In this document: positions 11,120-21,596 of the stretch, piece after piece | Numbering within the stretch: the stretch's first letter is position 1 | Layout of the letters: every line of letters starts with the position of its first letter | Source: Lachnospiraceae bacterium | GTDB lineage: Bacteria; Bacillota; Clostridia; Lachnospirales; Lachnospiraceae | Direction: 5' to 3' | Length of the DNA: 64,000 bases | NCBI GenBank assembly: GCA_021199495.1 | Contig: JAJQHY010000087.1 | Span: 13,628-77,627 of the forward strand | The notes under the pieces: generated by a model | What the model saw: the letters and a program-made list of their open reading frames with translations, nothing else | Told to the model about the DNA's origin: nothing | The model's database searches: none | Program-made: the position numbers and the translations under genes

Positions 11120-12745
11120 ATGAAAAAGAACATTTCACGTCGTAATTTTCTGAAAGCAACTGCTGCGGGCACTGTTCTGGCTGCCTCCGCCGCTATGGTG
11201 GGATGCGGAGATTCATCCACCTCTTCCACAACGGAAAGCACCAGCTCTTCCAGTACCGCCTCCACGGCCAGCAGCAATGAGGCAACCGTTTCAGCTGATC
11301 CGGTGAAGCTGACGGTTCATGACATTTATAATGGAGAAGTGGTGGATTTCTCCAAGTCTGTCATCACCAGAATTCAGGAGCTGGTGGGAGTGGAGCTGAC
11401 CAATACGGTATCCGCCTCCAGCACGGATGACGACCAGGCCTGGACCCTGATGATTGCCAGTCCGGACAATCTGCCGGATATCGTGGTTTCGACCAACATG
11501 AGCAAAATTGAGCAGCTGGGCTTTGACGGCGGTCTCATGCCCTTAGAGGATCTGATTGAGGAGAAGTGCCCCAATATTGTGGCAGCTTTTGAGAAATACC
11601 CGGAATTAAGGACTGCGTCCACTGCCTCCGATGGTCATATCTATCAGATCGCCGGCATGAAGGAAATGAAGATCGCCAACACCTGGATTATCCGTCAGGA
11701 CTGGCTGGATAAGCTGGGGCTGTCCGTTCCTACCACAGTGGATGAGATGGAGGAGGTGCTGACCGCATTCCGTGAGCAGGATCCCAACGGAAACGGGACC
11801 AAGGACGAGACGCCTTTTATCACCCGCTGGCTTACTGCTCCTGATAACTTCACACAGCACGCTCTGGGCATGTTCTGTTCCAGCACAGGCCTGATGGTGC
11901 GTCTGGGCGAGGTTGTATATGATCCGTTGGAAGAGGACTTTAAGACGGGTATGGAATATCTGATCCGCTGGTATGCCAATGGACTGATTGATCCGGAAGT
12001 TTACACCAGAGATGACGCCCGCAACGTGGTTTACGGCAACAACGTAGGTGCGCTGACCTATGACTGGACAGCTTCGACTACGCAGTACAACACCAGCCTG
12101 GCTGAGTCCATCCCCGGCTTTGATAATGAGGTCATGGCTCCTGTGACGGCTCCTAACGGACGTGCGGTGATACATCACTGCTCTGTTCCCTACGCTGGTC
12201 CCGGACTGTCCGTTACCTGCTCTGATGTGGATGCTGCCCTGAAGCTCATTGACTTCCTGTACAGTGAGGAGGGACAGATTCTGCAGACCTATGGACTGGA
12301 GGGTGAGACCTATACCATCGCTTCCGACGGCACCTATGAATTCACAGATGAAATGCTCAATACCGAGGGCGGTCTGACCACCGCCAGAACGAACTGGGGC
12401 TGCATCAATCACCTCGGCGGCGTGGATCCGGTGGAACTGGAGTACGCCATTGCCACCAATGAGGCGACCCTGCAGGGCTATCAGCTTTATATGGATCATC
12501 CGGAATGGTATCCGGACGACGAGTACATCGGTTTTGATTTCAAGTACACCTCCGAGGAAGCGGAGGAAATTAACCTGCTGCTGTCCAGCTTAAATGATTT
12601 TGTCAGTGAGAAATGCATGAGCTGGATTCTGGGCAATGGTGATTTTGCAGCGGAATATGACTCTTTCATCGCGGAGCTCCATACTCGTAACGTCGACAGA
12701 GTTGTGGAAATCGCAACGGCAGCGTATGCGAGATTGAAGGGTTGA
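11120..12745 (+). CDS. Extracellular solute-binding lipoprotein (LplA-type, large family 1 SBP)
   Basis: Start trimmed to MKKNISRRNFLKATAAG...MVGCGD (signal peptide plus lipobox Cys), followed by a Ser/Thr-rich linker. About 540 aa, typical of the LplA class. Confidence 0.85.
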   Translation: MKKNISRRNFLKATAAGTVLAASAAMVGCGDSSTSSTTESTSSSSTASTASSNEATVSADPVKLTVHDIYNGEVVDFSKSVITRIQELVGVELTNTVSASSTDDDQAWTLMIASPDNLPDIVVSTNMSKIEQLGFDGGLMPLEDLIEEKCPNIVAAFEKYPELRTASTASDGHIYQIAGMKEMKIANTWIIRQDWLDKLGLSVPTTVDEMEEVLTAFREQDPNGNGTKDETPFITRWLTAPDNFTQHALGMFCSSTGLMVRLGEVVYDPLEEDFKTGMEYLIRWYANGLIDPEVYTRDDARNVVYGNNVGALTYDWTASTTQYNTSLAESIPGFDNEVMAPVTAPNGRAVIHHCSVPYAGPGLSVTCSDVDAALKLIDFLYSEEGQILQTYGLEGETYTIASDGTYEFTDEMLNTEGGLTTARTNWGCINHLGGVDPVELEYAIATNEATLQGYQLYMDHPEWYPDDEYIGFDFKYTSEEAEEINLLLSSLNDFVSEKCMSWILGNGDFAAEYDSFIAELHTRNVDRVVEIATAAYARLKG

Positions 12746-12898
12746 TTTCCTGCCTTTTGGGAATTCCCTGAATTCATGCGCTGACGCGCAATATGTAAAA
12801 ATTGCCGGGATTTTCCGGCGGCTGCTTTTATGACAAGGGCGGGACGCCACAGGAAATGGGGCGCCCCGCCATAACTTTATAACAGGTTTTAGGAGACT

Positions 12899-14059
12899 AT
12901 GAGCTACGAATTGTTGGAAGAAGACCGTAGATGGGTGAAGGAAACATCCTTCCTGATCCAGAAAAAACTGGAGTGGGTCAGCGAAAAAAATCAGAACAAA
13001 CTGCCCTATACTACAGGCCCGGACGGAAGTTATGACGATCACTCTGACGGCACTTATGGAGTGGGAGAAGATGAGAGCTGGTGGACCAATGGTTTCTGGG
13101 GCGGGCTGATGTGGCAGATGTATCGCCGCACGGGGCAGGAGAAATATGCCCGTTATGCAGGAAACTGTGAAAAGAAACTGGACGCCTGCTTTGAGGCCTT
13201 CTGCGGGCTCAATCATGATGTGGGTTTTATGTGGCTTCCCACCTCTGTGGCGTCATATCGAGTGCGCGGAAACGCTGAATCCAGAAAACGTGCGCTGCAC
13301 GCAGCCTGTCTGCTGGCAGGACGCTACCATCCGGAAGGGAAATTTATACGGGCCTGGAATGAGATCCCGGGGGAGGACACCAGAGGATGGGCGATCATTG
13401 ACTGCATGATGAATTTGCCGTTATTGTATTGGGCCACGGAGGAAACGGGGGATCTGCGTTTCCATCAGATCGCCATGAATCATGCGGATACCGCGCGAAG
13501 CGCTTTTTTAAGGGAGGATGGTTCCTCCTGCCATATTGTGTCCTTTGATCCGGAGACAGGAAAGCGGAGGGAGAGTCTGGGCGGTCAGGGCTATGGTCAT
13601 GGATCTGCCTGGACAAGAGGTCAGGGCTGGGCGCTTTACGGCTTCGCCTTAAGTTACCGTCATACCGGAAAGCCGGATTATCTGCTGGCGGCAAAAGCCT
13701 CCGCACAGTATTGTCTGTCACAGATTGGGACGAATGGGTTTGTTCCTATTGATTTTCGTCAGCCGGTGAATCCGCCCCTGGAGGACAGCTGCGGCGCCTG
13801 TGTGCTTGCCTGCGGCTTTCTGGAGCTGGCGGAACTGGTAACAGAGCCGGAGCTTTCTGAAAAATATCTGGACGCTGCGCTGTGTATTTTAAAACGGCTG
13901 ACGGCCTGTCGATGCGACTGGAGCGGGAACTGCGACGCGATTGTACAAAACTGTTCCGCTTCTTACGTGAACGGGGTCCATATTACCATGTGTTACGCCG
14001 ATTATTTCCTTGCCGAGGCAATTTTCCGTCTGGAGGGAAAGGCGCTTTCCATCTTTTAA
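12899..14059 (+). CDS. Glycoside hydrolase family 88-like unsaturated glucuronyl hydrolase
   Basis: 386 aa. WWTNGFWGGLMWQMY and HDVGFMW motifs are typical of GH88; GH105 cannot be excluded by eye. Confidence 0.75.
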   Translation: MSYELLEEDRRWVKETSFLIQKKLEWVSEKNQNKLPYTTGPDGSYDDHSDGTYGVGEDESWWTNGFWGGLMWQMYRRTGQEKYARYAGNCEKKLDACFEAFCGLNHDVGFMWLPTSVASYRVRGNAESRKRALHAACLLAGRYHPEGKFIRAWNEIPGEDTRGWAIIDCMMNLPLLYWATEETGDLRFHQIAMNHADTARSAFLREDGSSCHIVSFDPETGKRRESLGGQGYGHGSAWTRGQGWALYGFALSYRHTGKPDYLLAAKASAQYCLSQIGTNGFVPIDFRQPVNPPLEDSCGACVLACGFLELAELVTEPELSEKYLDAALCILKRLTACRCDWSGNCDAIVQNCSASYVNGVHITMCYADYFLAEAIFRLEGKALSIF

Positions 14060-14090
14060 GCTTACCAATTTTGATATGAGGAGTATGAAT

Positions 14091-15707
14091 ATGAATCTGA
14101 ACCTTATAGCGCGAAGCGCACCCTGCGCGGCAGCGCGTGAATTCAGGAATGCCTGTAAGGTAAACTTTCTGGGAGAAACTACAAAACTTCCTCACACCTG
14201 GTCTGTCTGTGTGGGCGCAGGCAGAGCCAACGAAGGCCTGCGGGCGGACTGGCAGGCGCAGCTGAAGAAGGTACATCGTGAGTGCGGCTTTCGTTATCTG
14301 CGGTTTCATGGCTTATTTCACGATGATATGCATGTTTATACGGAAGAAAACGGAGAAGTCCACTATAATTTTCAATATGTGGATCAGCTGTTTGACGCGC
14401 TGCTTAAGGAGGGCGTCCGCCCCTTTGTGGAGCTGAGCTTTATGCCGGAGGCTCTCTGTTCCAATGAGCAGACGCTTTTCTGGTGGAAGGCCAGGGTGGC
14501 CCCTCCGAACAATCTGGAGAAGTGGGCCAATCTTGTGGGAGCGGCGGTGGAGCACTGGCTTGCCCGCTACGGAAAAGAGGAGGTTCATCAGTGGTATTTT
14601 GAGGTCTGGAATGAGCCCAACCTGAACGCTTTCTGGTCCGGCAGCCGGTCCCAGTATTATGCCATGTACCGGGCAACCTCCCGCAAAATCAAGTCCATTG
14701 ATTCTGATTTAAAGGTGGGTGGTCCTGCCACCAGCAATTATGTGCCGGACAGTCGTTTTGACGGGGATGTGGAGGATGTAAATTCCCAGATGACCTTCCA
14801 GGTGGAGGATCTGGACAGCCTGGACTGGCACGGGGTCTGGATTAAGGATTTTCTTGATTTTTGCGCCAGTGAAAAACTGCCTGTGGATTTTGTCTCCTGC
14901 CATCCCTATCCCACAGATTTTGCCCTGGATGGCTACGGTGAGAGCCGGGGACGCACCAGGGAAAAAGATTCTATTATAAAGGATGTCATGTGGGTGAAGC
15001 GGGAGGTGGAAAACAGTCCTTATCCCGATGCTGAGCTGCATCTGACAGAGTGGAGCAGCAGCCCCTCCTCCAGGGATTACAGCCATGATTATCTTCCTGC
15101 TGCGGCCTATGTCATGCGCAGCAATTTAAAGTGCGCCGGACTGATGGACTGCCTGTCGTACTGGACATTCACGGATATCTTTGAGGAAGTGGGAGCGGGT
15201 CCGAAGGCTTTTCACGGCGGATTTGGCATGCTGAATCTGCAGAGCGTGCAAAAGCCGGTGTTTCATGCTTACCGGATACTGAATGAACTGGGAGAGGAGT
15301 GTCTGGCACAGGATGAAGGATGGATTGCGACGAAAAAGAATGAACGGCTGAACATGGCTTTTTATCATTATCCGGAGTCTTATCAGGCAACGGTTCCCAT
15401 GTCCATGTACCCTGATCAGAGCGTGGCACAGCAGTGTCAGGACAGTGGAGAGGCGAGACATTACACCTTCTCAGTGACCGGATTGAAGCCGGGCGACACC
15501 TATACGCTGTGCCTGTTAAAGAGAGATATGATTCCGGTTGCGCTCTGGAATGAGATGGGCGCACCTGTATCTCCTACCAGAGAACAGACCGCGCTTCTTT
15601 TAAGGCAGGGAGAGACCATGGAGAGAACGGTTTACACGGTGGACAGTCAGGGATGCCTGACGCTTGATTTCACGGTTCCGGCCTGGACGATCGGGCAGCT
15701 GGTATAA
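14091..15707 (+). CDS. Glycoside hydrolase family 39 (beta-xylosidase / alpha-L-iduronidase family)
   Basis: FRYLRFHGLFHDDM and the WYFEVWNEPNL catalytic-acid motif. The ATG at 14091 lies 7 nt after GAGGAG; alternative starts are 14076 and 14085. Confidence 0.8.
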   Translation: MNLNLIARSAPCAAAREFRNACKVNFLGETTKLPHTWSVCVGAGRANEGLRADWQAQLKKVHRECGFRYLRFHGLFHDDMHVYTEENGEVHYNFQYVDQLFDALLKEGVRPFVELSFMPEALCSNEQTLFWWKARVAPPNNLEKWANLVGAAVEHWLARYGKEEVHQWYFEVWNEPNLNAFWSGSRSQYYAMYRATSRKIKSIDSDLKVGGPATSNYVPDSRFDGDVEDVNSQMTFQVEDLDSLDWHGVWIKDFLDFCASEKLPVDFVSCHPYPTDFALDGYGESRGRTREKDSIIKDVMWVKREVENSPYPDAELHLTEWSSSPSSRDYSHDYLPAAAYVMRSNLKCAGLMDCLSYWTFTDIFEEVGAGPKAFHGGFGMLNLQSVQKPVFHAYRILNELGEECLAQDEGWIATKKNERLNMAFYHYPESYQATVPMSMYPDQSVAQQCQDSGEARHYTFSVTGLKPGDTYTLCLLKRDMIPVALWNEMGAPVSPTREQTALLLRQGETMERTVYTVDSQGCLTLDFTVPAWTIGQLV

Positions 15708-18700
15708 ATGATGGAGAAAAGAAAAACAGAATTTAGTCCATACATTCTGCAAAACCCTGAAATAACAGAACAGAACCGCTGTGCGACGCAGGCGGACTGC
15801 CGGTTTTACCGCTCGAAAGAGGAATATCTGGACGGCGCCACTTCTCAGGAAATCTGCCTGGACGGTATGTGGAAATTTCACTATGCGGAAAATCCGCGGG
15901 AGGTTCCGGACGGGCTTCAGAATCCGGATTATGACTGCGGCAGCTGGACGGAGATTCCGGTTCCGGGTCATATCCAGTTAAATGGTTACGGAAAACCGCA
16001 GTACGTAAATTATCAGCATCCCTGGGACGGTCTGGAGGCTGTGGCGGAAGGCGGCTGTCCGATACGTCATAATCCCACAGGCTGCTATATCCGGGATTTT
16101 GAAATGACGGACAATATGGCTGGAAATACTTTTCATATCCGGTTTGACGGGGCGGAGAGCGCTCTGGCTGTCTGGTGCAACGGCGGCTATGTCGGTTATG
16201 GTACAGATGGCTTTACCCCGTCTGAATTTGATCTGACGTCCTTTCTGAAAACCGGCGTGAACAGACTGACTGTGGAGGTGTTTCAATGGACGGCGGCAAG
16301 TCATATGGAATGTCAGGATTTTTTCCGTTTCTCCGGACTTTTTCGCAGTGTGTACCTGATAGTCATACCAAAGGTTTCGGTTTCGCCTCCTGTTGTCGGC
16401 CTTTCCCTTACGGATGATTTTTCATCCGGGATGCTGACGGTGTCAACGGATTTTCGGGGACGGGGATATCTGCAGATTTCTCTGCTGTATCAGGATACCT
16501 GTCTGGAGAGCCGGAGTTTTTCGCTGTGCAACCAGCCTTTTCAAACAGAGTTTCAGGTAAAGCAGCCTGTGCTTTGGAGCGCAGAGGATCCCGCGTTGTA
16601 TCGGCTGGAGTTTGCGGTGACGGATGAAGAGGAAAAATCCAGTCAGTGGTGCTGCCGGAATGTGGGATTTCGGCGAATCGAGCTTCAGAACGGCCTGCTT
16701 CTGCTCAATGGAAAAAGACTTGTGATACGCGGGGTCAATCGCCATGAATTTCATGCTTCCTGTGGAAGAGCGCTGACAGCGCAGCAGATTGAGGCGGATA
16801 TTCTGACGATGAAACGCAGCAATATCAACGCGGTCCGAACCAGTCATTATCCGAACCAGAGTGTATTTTATGAACTCTGCGACCGCTATGGAATCTATGT
16901 GATGGATGAGGCAAACATGGAAGGGCACTGTCAGCTGGACAGATGGATGCGATATCAGACTGACGGCGATAACCTGGTACCGGGAAGCGATCCGAAGTGG
17001 CTTGCCGCTGCGCTTTCAAGGGCGGAGGCGATGGTTTTACGGGACCGCAATCATCCGTGCGTACTGTTCTGGTCTCTGGGCAATGAGTGCGGCGGCGGAG
17101 AAAATCTGAGCCGGATGGCGGATTTTGTTCGGGCACTTGATCCTTCGCGGCCTGTTCATTATGAAAATACGAACAGAGATCCGGTTTACCATCATATCAG
17201 TGATATTGCGGGTACCATGTATGAGCCGGTTGAAAAGGTAAGGGCCTATCTGGCCGCACACACGGATCGACCGTATCTTCACTGTGAATTTGAGCATGCC
17301 ATGGGGAATTCCTGCGGGAATCTGTGGGAATATACCGCCCTGACCAGGGAGCTGCCTCAGTATCAGGGAGGATTTATCTGGGATTTCGCGGATCAGGCGC
17401 TGGAGCAGATAGGTCAGAACGGGCAGCACTTTTACGCGTACGGCGGAGACTTTGGCGATCGGCCAAACGACGGGGTCTTCAGCGGGAATGGAATTCTGTA
17501 CGCGGATCATACGCCATCGCCTAAATTGCAGGAGGTAAAGGCCTGTTATGCGCCCATTCGGTTTTCTTTTGAAGAAGAAGGAATTCGCGTTTATAACGAT
17601 CAGCTTTTTCTTTCCACAAAAGGATACGATTGTTGCACCAGACTGTTTAGGGACGGCGAATTCCTGCTGGAAAAAAAGCTTTCGGACTGGGTGGTGCCGC
17701 CCATGGAAAACAGGAGATTTCCGTCCCCGTATTCAGAACCGAAGGAAGAGGGGGAATATTGCCTGGAGCTTTCTTTTATGCTGAAAGAGGATGTCCCGTG
17801 GGCGGAAAAGGGGCATGAAATCGCATTTGGACAGACTGTTCGTACCATATCAGTGTGCAAGGCTCAAACTTATTCGCTGGAGGAGATGGAAATCATGGAT
17901 GGGAGCCTGAATCTGGGAATTTCCGGGAAAAATTACAGGCTTCTGTTTTCCAAAATACAGGGAGGTCTGGTTTCCTTTCAATATGAGGGCCGCGAACTGA
18001 TACAGGAGGTTCCGGGACCTGCGTTCTGGAGAGCCCTGACGGACAATGACAGAGGAAATCATATGGGACTTCGCTGTGGCGTCTGGAAGACAGCGGAGGA
18101 GTATGGGTATTTTCAGGAAATGCCGGAAATCAGATATGGAACAGGGACGGTAGAGCTGATATATACGTATATGTTTTCTGCAAAAGAGGATGCTTTCTGT
18201 AAAATTTCCTATCTGGTGAGTGGCGAAGGCAGAGTGGCAGTAACCATTCAGTATGATGCACTTGAACTGCCTGAGCTGCCGGAATATGGCCTGCGTTTTT
18301 TCATGGCTCCCGAATTTGACTGTCTGCGCTGGTACGGCCTGGGACCGGAGGAAACCTATTGTGACCGTTCATGCGGGGGCAGGCTTGGGGTCTGGGAAAA
18401 CCGCGTGAAGGATAATCTGGCAGAGTATCTCAGACCGCAGGAGTGTGGCAATAAAACAGGGGTACGGTGGGCGGAGGTTACAGACTGCTCAGGCTATGGA
18501 CTCCGGTTTATGGCTCCGGCGATGGAGTTTTCCGCGCTGCCGTATACGCCGCAGGAGCTGGAATGCGCGGGACATGGGAAGGATCTTCCAATGTCACATC
18601 ATACAGTCGTCCGTGCCTGCTTAAAGCAAATGGGAGTGGGCGGCGATGACAGCTGGGGCGCCAAAACACATGAGGCGTATTGTATTCATCCGTCCAAAGG

Positions 18701-18764
18701 GGAGCATCTGGAATTTACCGTAATTCTGAAAGCGATTGGACCTGGAAAGGAATCAATCTGTTGA
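15708..18764 (+). CDS. Glycoside hydrolase family 2 beta-galactosidase-like enzyme
   Basis: 1018 aa with LacZ-like architecture. Motifs: NAVRTSHYP, WSLGNECG, HCEFEHAMGNS and a C-terminal small-chain-like domain. Confidence 0.85.
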   Translation: MMEKRKTEFSPYILQNPEITEQNRCATQADCRFYRSKEEYLDGATSQEICLDGMWKFHYAENPREVPDGLQNPDYDCGSWTEIPVPGHIQLNGYGKPQYVNYQHPWDGLEAVAEGGCPIRHNPTGCYIRDFEMTDNMAGNTFHIRFDGAESALAVWCNGGYVGYGTDGFTPSEFDLTSFLKTGVNRLTVEVFQWTAASHMECQDFFRFSGLFRSVYLIVIPKVSVSPPVVGLSLTDDFSSGMLTVSTDFRGRGYLQISLLYQDTCLESRSFSLCNQPFQTEFQVKQPVLWSAEDPALYRLEFAVTDEEEKSSQWCCRNVGFRRIELQNGLLLLNGKRLVIRGVNRHEFHASCGRALTAQQIEADILTMKRSNINAVRTSHYPNQSVFYELCDRYGIYVMDEANMEGHCQLDRWMRYQTDGDNLVPGSDPKWLAAALSRAEAMVLRDRNHPCVLFWSLGNECGGGENLSRMADFVRALDPSRPVHYENTNRDPVYHHISDIAGTMYEPVEKVRAYLAAHTDRPYLHCEFEHAMGNSCGNLWEYTALTRELPQYQGGFIWDFADQALEQIGQNGQHFYAYGGDFGDRPNDGVFSGNGILYADHTPSPKLQEVKACYAPIRFSFEEEGIRVYNDQLFLSTKGYDCCTRLFRDGEFLLEKKLSDWVVPPMENRRFPSPYSEPKEEGEYCLELSFMLKEDVPWAEKGHEIAFGQTVRTISVCKAQTYSLEEMEIMDGSLNLGISGKNYRLLFSKIQGGLVSFQYEGRELIQEVPGPAFWRALTDNDRGNHMGLRCGVWKTAEEYGYFQEMPEIRYGTGTVELIYTYMFSAKEDAFCKISYLVSGEGRVAVTIQYDALELPELPEYGLRFFMAPEFDCLRWYGLGPEETYCDRSCGGRLGVWENRVKDNLAEYLRPQECGNKTGVRWAEVTDCSGYGLRFMAPAMEFSALPYTPQELECAGHGKDLPMSHHTVVRACLKQMGVGGDDSWGAKTHEAYCIHPSKGEHLEFTVILKAIGPGKESIC

Positions 18765-19252
18765 TGGATCAGAATTTAACAACTTTACAGATATTGTTGG
18801 AAGAAGGGCGTGATCTGCTCCGGCGGACGGAAGGTTTTACAACGAAGGCCAGTCGTTATGCGCTGGTAAAAGAGATGGAGAAGGCGCAGCGGATTTTAGC
18901 AGGTGAAGTACAGACGGCATTTTCTCATAACCGTGAGTTTTTGTCTCCTGATGAGTGTGACCCTGCGGCGTTTTGTATGGAGCATTATACCTGTGCTCCA
19001 GGCTGGATGACGGAAGGCCAACAGGCGCAGGTTTATGGCCTTAGGCCTGCGCTTGCCTGGTTTCGGGAACAGGATGTCAGAAGGGATGCTGCGTCAGGGT
19101 TTTCACATGTTTTAAAGAGTCTGAACCAGCGGATGGAAGAGTTCCTGGAGTGGGAAGGAGGCGTTTCTTCAAAAGGGGAAAAGCAGCTTCTGATTCAGGT
19201 CTGGGAGAAGGCAAAAAAAGCCGCGGGATCCACAGGGGAAGAGCGATTATAG
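18764..19252 (+). CDS. Hypothetical helical protein, probably the detached N-terminal part of the downstream lyase
   Basis: The ATG overlaps the GH2 stop (TGATG). The ORF ends at the TAG at 19250-19252, inside the overlap with ORF 19150..21570. Confidence 0.45.
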   Translation: MDQNLTTLQILLEEGRDLLRRTEGFTTKASRYALVKEMEKAQRILAGEVQTAFSHNREFLSPDECDPAAFCMEHYTCAPGWMTEGQQAQVYGLRPALAWFREQDVRRDAASGFSHVLKSLNQRMEEFLEWEGGVSSKGEKQLLIQVWEKAKKAAGSTGEERL

Positions 19253-21570
19253 AAGCCTATGATCTGATGGGAGAGATGATTCATTCCAGACCGCTGGCAA
19301 GCGATACAGATGATGACTGCATCGGACTGTATTCTGTCTTAGGGCTGAGGCGGGTTCTTCAAAGCTTTGAGAAGGACCCGGAAAATGAGAAGGTCATGGA
19401 GCGTATAAAGGAAGAGGGAAACCGTTTCCATATGACGCAGCTGAAACGGGAATGGCGTTATCGTTATGATACTTCCCCTGGGGAATGTCCCTGGAATGCA
19501 AGCGGAAACGGCCTGAATTTCGCAGCACCTGCCGGGTGTCGATATGGAGTTCTGAGTTTCTTTTTTCCTGAGGAGGAAAAGGAGAGGGAGGTCTGTCCGG
19601 TTCGTCTGAAAGGAATTCATATACGAAGCGCCCAGGGAGAGGATTTCGGGGTTTTGGATGATGAAATTTCCATTGATCAAAGTAGCTGGCAGTCAGAACA
19701 GTTTCCACTTCCGGAGGGCAGCTATACGCTGAAATTTGATTATCAGATCGCCAGGAGGCTTCGCAAGGGAATTTGTGTCAGAATTGATTTTTATGATGCG
19801 GGGAACTGCCTCCTGGGATCCTGTGAGGACTGGTTTCAAAAAAAGAGCTGGCCGCAGGATGTGCGGCAATACAATCTTTCCATGCAATGCTGCGCTGTCC
19901 TGTATCTGATGACAGGTCAGGTAAGGTACGCCAGGCTTGCGAAGCTGGAAATGCTTTGTTTCCTGAATGATTTCTGCCAGGGTGCGGAGTACTGGATGGT
20001 CAAAAATGAGCGGCCCGAGGGGCTGGACTGTTATGGAGCTGTTCAGGGCGGCAGAAATTTATGCTCCGTGGCGTTTACCTATGGATTATTACGCCAGGCT
20101 GACGTGTTTTCAGAAGAGGAAAGACAGATTTTTCTTGAAATGATTGCATATCTGCTGTGTTATCTGCTGGACGAGCGGGACAGGAGTATGCTGACACTGT
20201 TTGAGGCGCAGCAAAACAGCGGAAACTGGCAGACGGACATGTGTATGGGTGTTGCCTGTATGATGAGTGTGCTGCCGGAGTTTCCGGATCGAAAGCGATG
20301 GTTTTACAGCGCGGTGCAGGTACTTCGCGGTCAGCTTCATTACACTCTGAATCCGGATGGCAGCTGGCCGGAGAGTATTCACTATCATTTTGCGGCGCTG
20401 GAGCGTTTTGCATTGCTGGGACTGCTTTTAAAAAATGAGACCGGGGAGGATCTGTACACGGGAGAGGAATTGCAGAAAATGTTCCTTTATCCGATGGATG
20501 TACAGACTCCGGGATATGCGTTTTTTAAGGGCCAGATCGGTACGCCGCCTTTTGGAGATCATATACTGAAGGAAAATGAATTTGCATTGTATGGCGCTTA
20601 TATTCAGATGATGTACAGTCATTCTCCGCAGCTGGCGGCAAATATGTACGAGACCTGGCGGCGCAGCGGGAGAGGCAGGCTTGCACTCTGGGGAGAGAGT
20701 GTTTTGGGCCAGCTGCTTTTCTATCCGTCTGAGGAATGGGAGCGTTTGTATCTTTCAAGTGATTCACAGGCGAAAACGGCTGATGAAGGCTGTCTGTGTT
20801 CTACGGCTCAGTATCGGGACAGCGGAATATATGTGTTCCGCGGCGGAGCCTGGCCGGATAAGGTCAATTATCTGGCGGTCATGAGCAGCAGGCGGCCCAT
20901 CCGGCATGGACACTGCGATCAGGGCTCTTTCATTTTATATCATGAAAATATTCCCCTGATTATGGACACCGGCATTGAGGGATATTTCGACGCCAGCATG
21001 CAGTGGCATCTTTGCAGTATGTCTCATGCGTGCCTGCAGTTTCCGGCAAGGGAAAAAGCAGCGTTGCCTGCAAATCTGCAAAGTATTAATCTGTCCGCCG
21101 GAAATTACAGCGCTTCATACGGACTTCTGGACGTGCCAATGACCAGCAGTGCTTCCAGAATCCGGACAGACGGATTGCAACAGGGAATGACAGTCACAGT
21201 CCGGCAAATCGGAGGAAACGGTGTACATACGAGAAGGTTTGATTTTTTCCCGGACAGCGGCGTATGTTCGGTAAAGGATACTGTGAGAAATTTTGAGGGA
21301 CTTGTCACGGTTACCTATCCGCTGGCGGCCAGAGCAGTGCTGGTGGAGGGTACGCATGTTTCCTGCGAGGGTTATTACGGCAACCGTTTTTTCCTTGAAC
21401 TGAACGGCGATATTTGCGATATTTCGGTGGAAAAAGGAAGGAGCGCCAGGTATTTTCCGACAGATGACAGTACGGCTACGGCCTGCATGCAATTTCTGCG
21501 GATCCGGGCAGAAACTGGCAGACCGCTTCAGGTTACGATTCATCCCGAGGATATTTCTTGGGTTATGTAA
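19150..21570 (+). CDS. Heparinase II/III-like polysaccharide lyase family protein
   Basis: DGSWPESIHYHFAALERF and RHGHCDQGSFILYHENIPLIMDTG motifs are typical of the Hepar_II_III fold. The first ATG after the upstream stop (19267) has no RBS. Confidence 0.75.
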   Translation: MGRRRFFKRGKAASDSGLGEGKKSRGIHRGRAIIEAYDLMGEMIHSRPLASDTDDDCIGLYSVLGLRRVLQSFEKDPENEKVMERIKEEGNRFHMTQLKREWRYRYDTSPGECPWNASGNGLNFAAPAGCRYGVLSFFFPEEEKEREVCPVRLKGIHIRSAQGEDFGVLDDEISIDQSSWQSEQFPLPEGSYTLKFDYQIARRLRKGICVRIDFYDAGNCLLGSCEDWFQKKSWPQDVRQYNLSMQCCAVLYLMTGQVRYARLAKLEMLCFLNDFCQGAEYWMVKNERPEGLDCYGAVQGGRNLCSVAFTYGLLRQADVFSEEERQIFLEMIAYLLCYLLDERDRSMLTLFEAQQNSGNWQTDMCMGVACMMSVLPEFPDRKRWFYSAVQVLRGQLHYTLNPDGSWPESIHYHFAALERFALLGLLLKNETGEDLYTGEELQKMFLYPMDVQTPGYAFFKGQIGTPPFGDHILKENEFALYGAYIQMMYSHSPQLAANMYETWRRSGRGRLALWGESVLGQLLFYPSEEWERLYLSSDSQAKTADEGCLCSTAQYRDSGIYVFRGGAWPDKVNYLAVMSSRRPIRHGHCDQGSFILYHENIPLIMDTGIEGYFDASMQWHLCSMSHACLQFPAREKAALPANLQSINLSAGNYSASYGLLDVPMTSSASRIRTDGLQQGMTVTVRQIGGNGVHTRRFDFFPDSGVCSVKDTVRNFEGLVTVTYPLAARAVLVEGTHVSCEGYYGNRFFLELNGDICDISVEKGRSARYFPTDDSTATACMQFLRIRAETGRPLQVTIHPEDISWVM

Positions 21571-21596
21571 GATATTTTTTCAAAAAGGAGGTCAAC

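Noticed and set aside
11606-12499. 297-aa minus-strand ORF
   Set aside because: Antisense shadow of the solute-binding protein gene, with no start context and no motifs.
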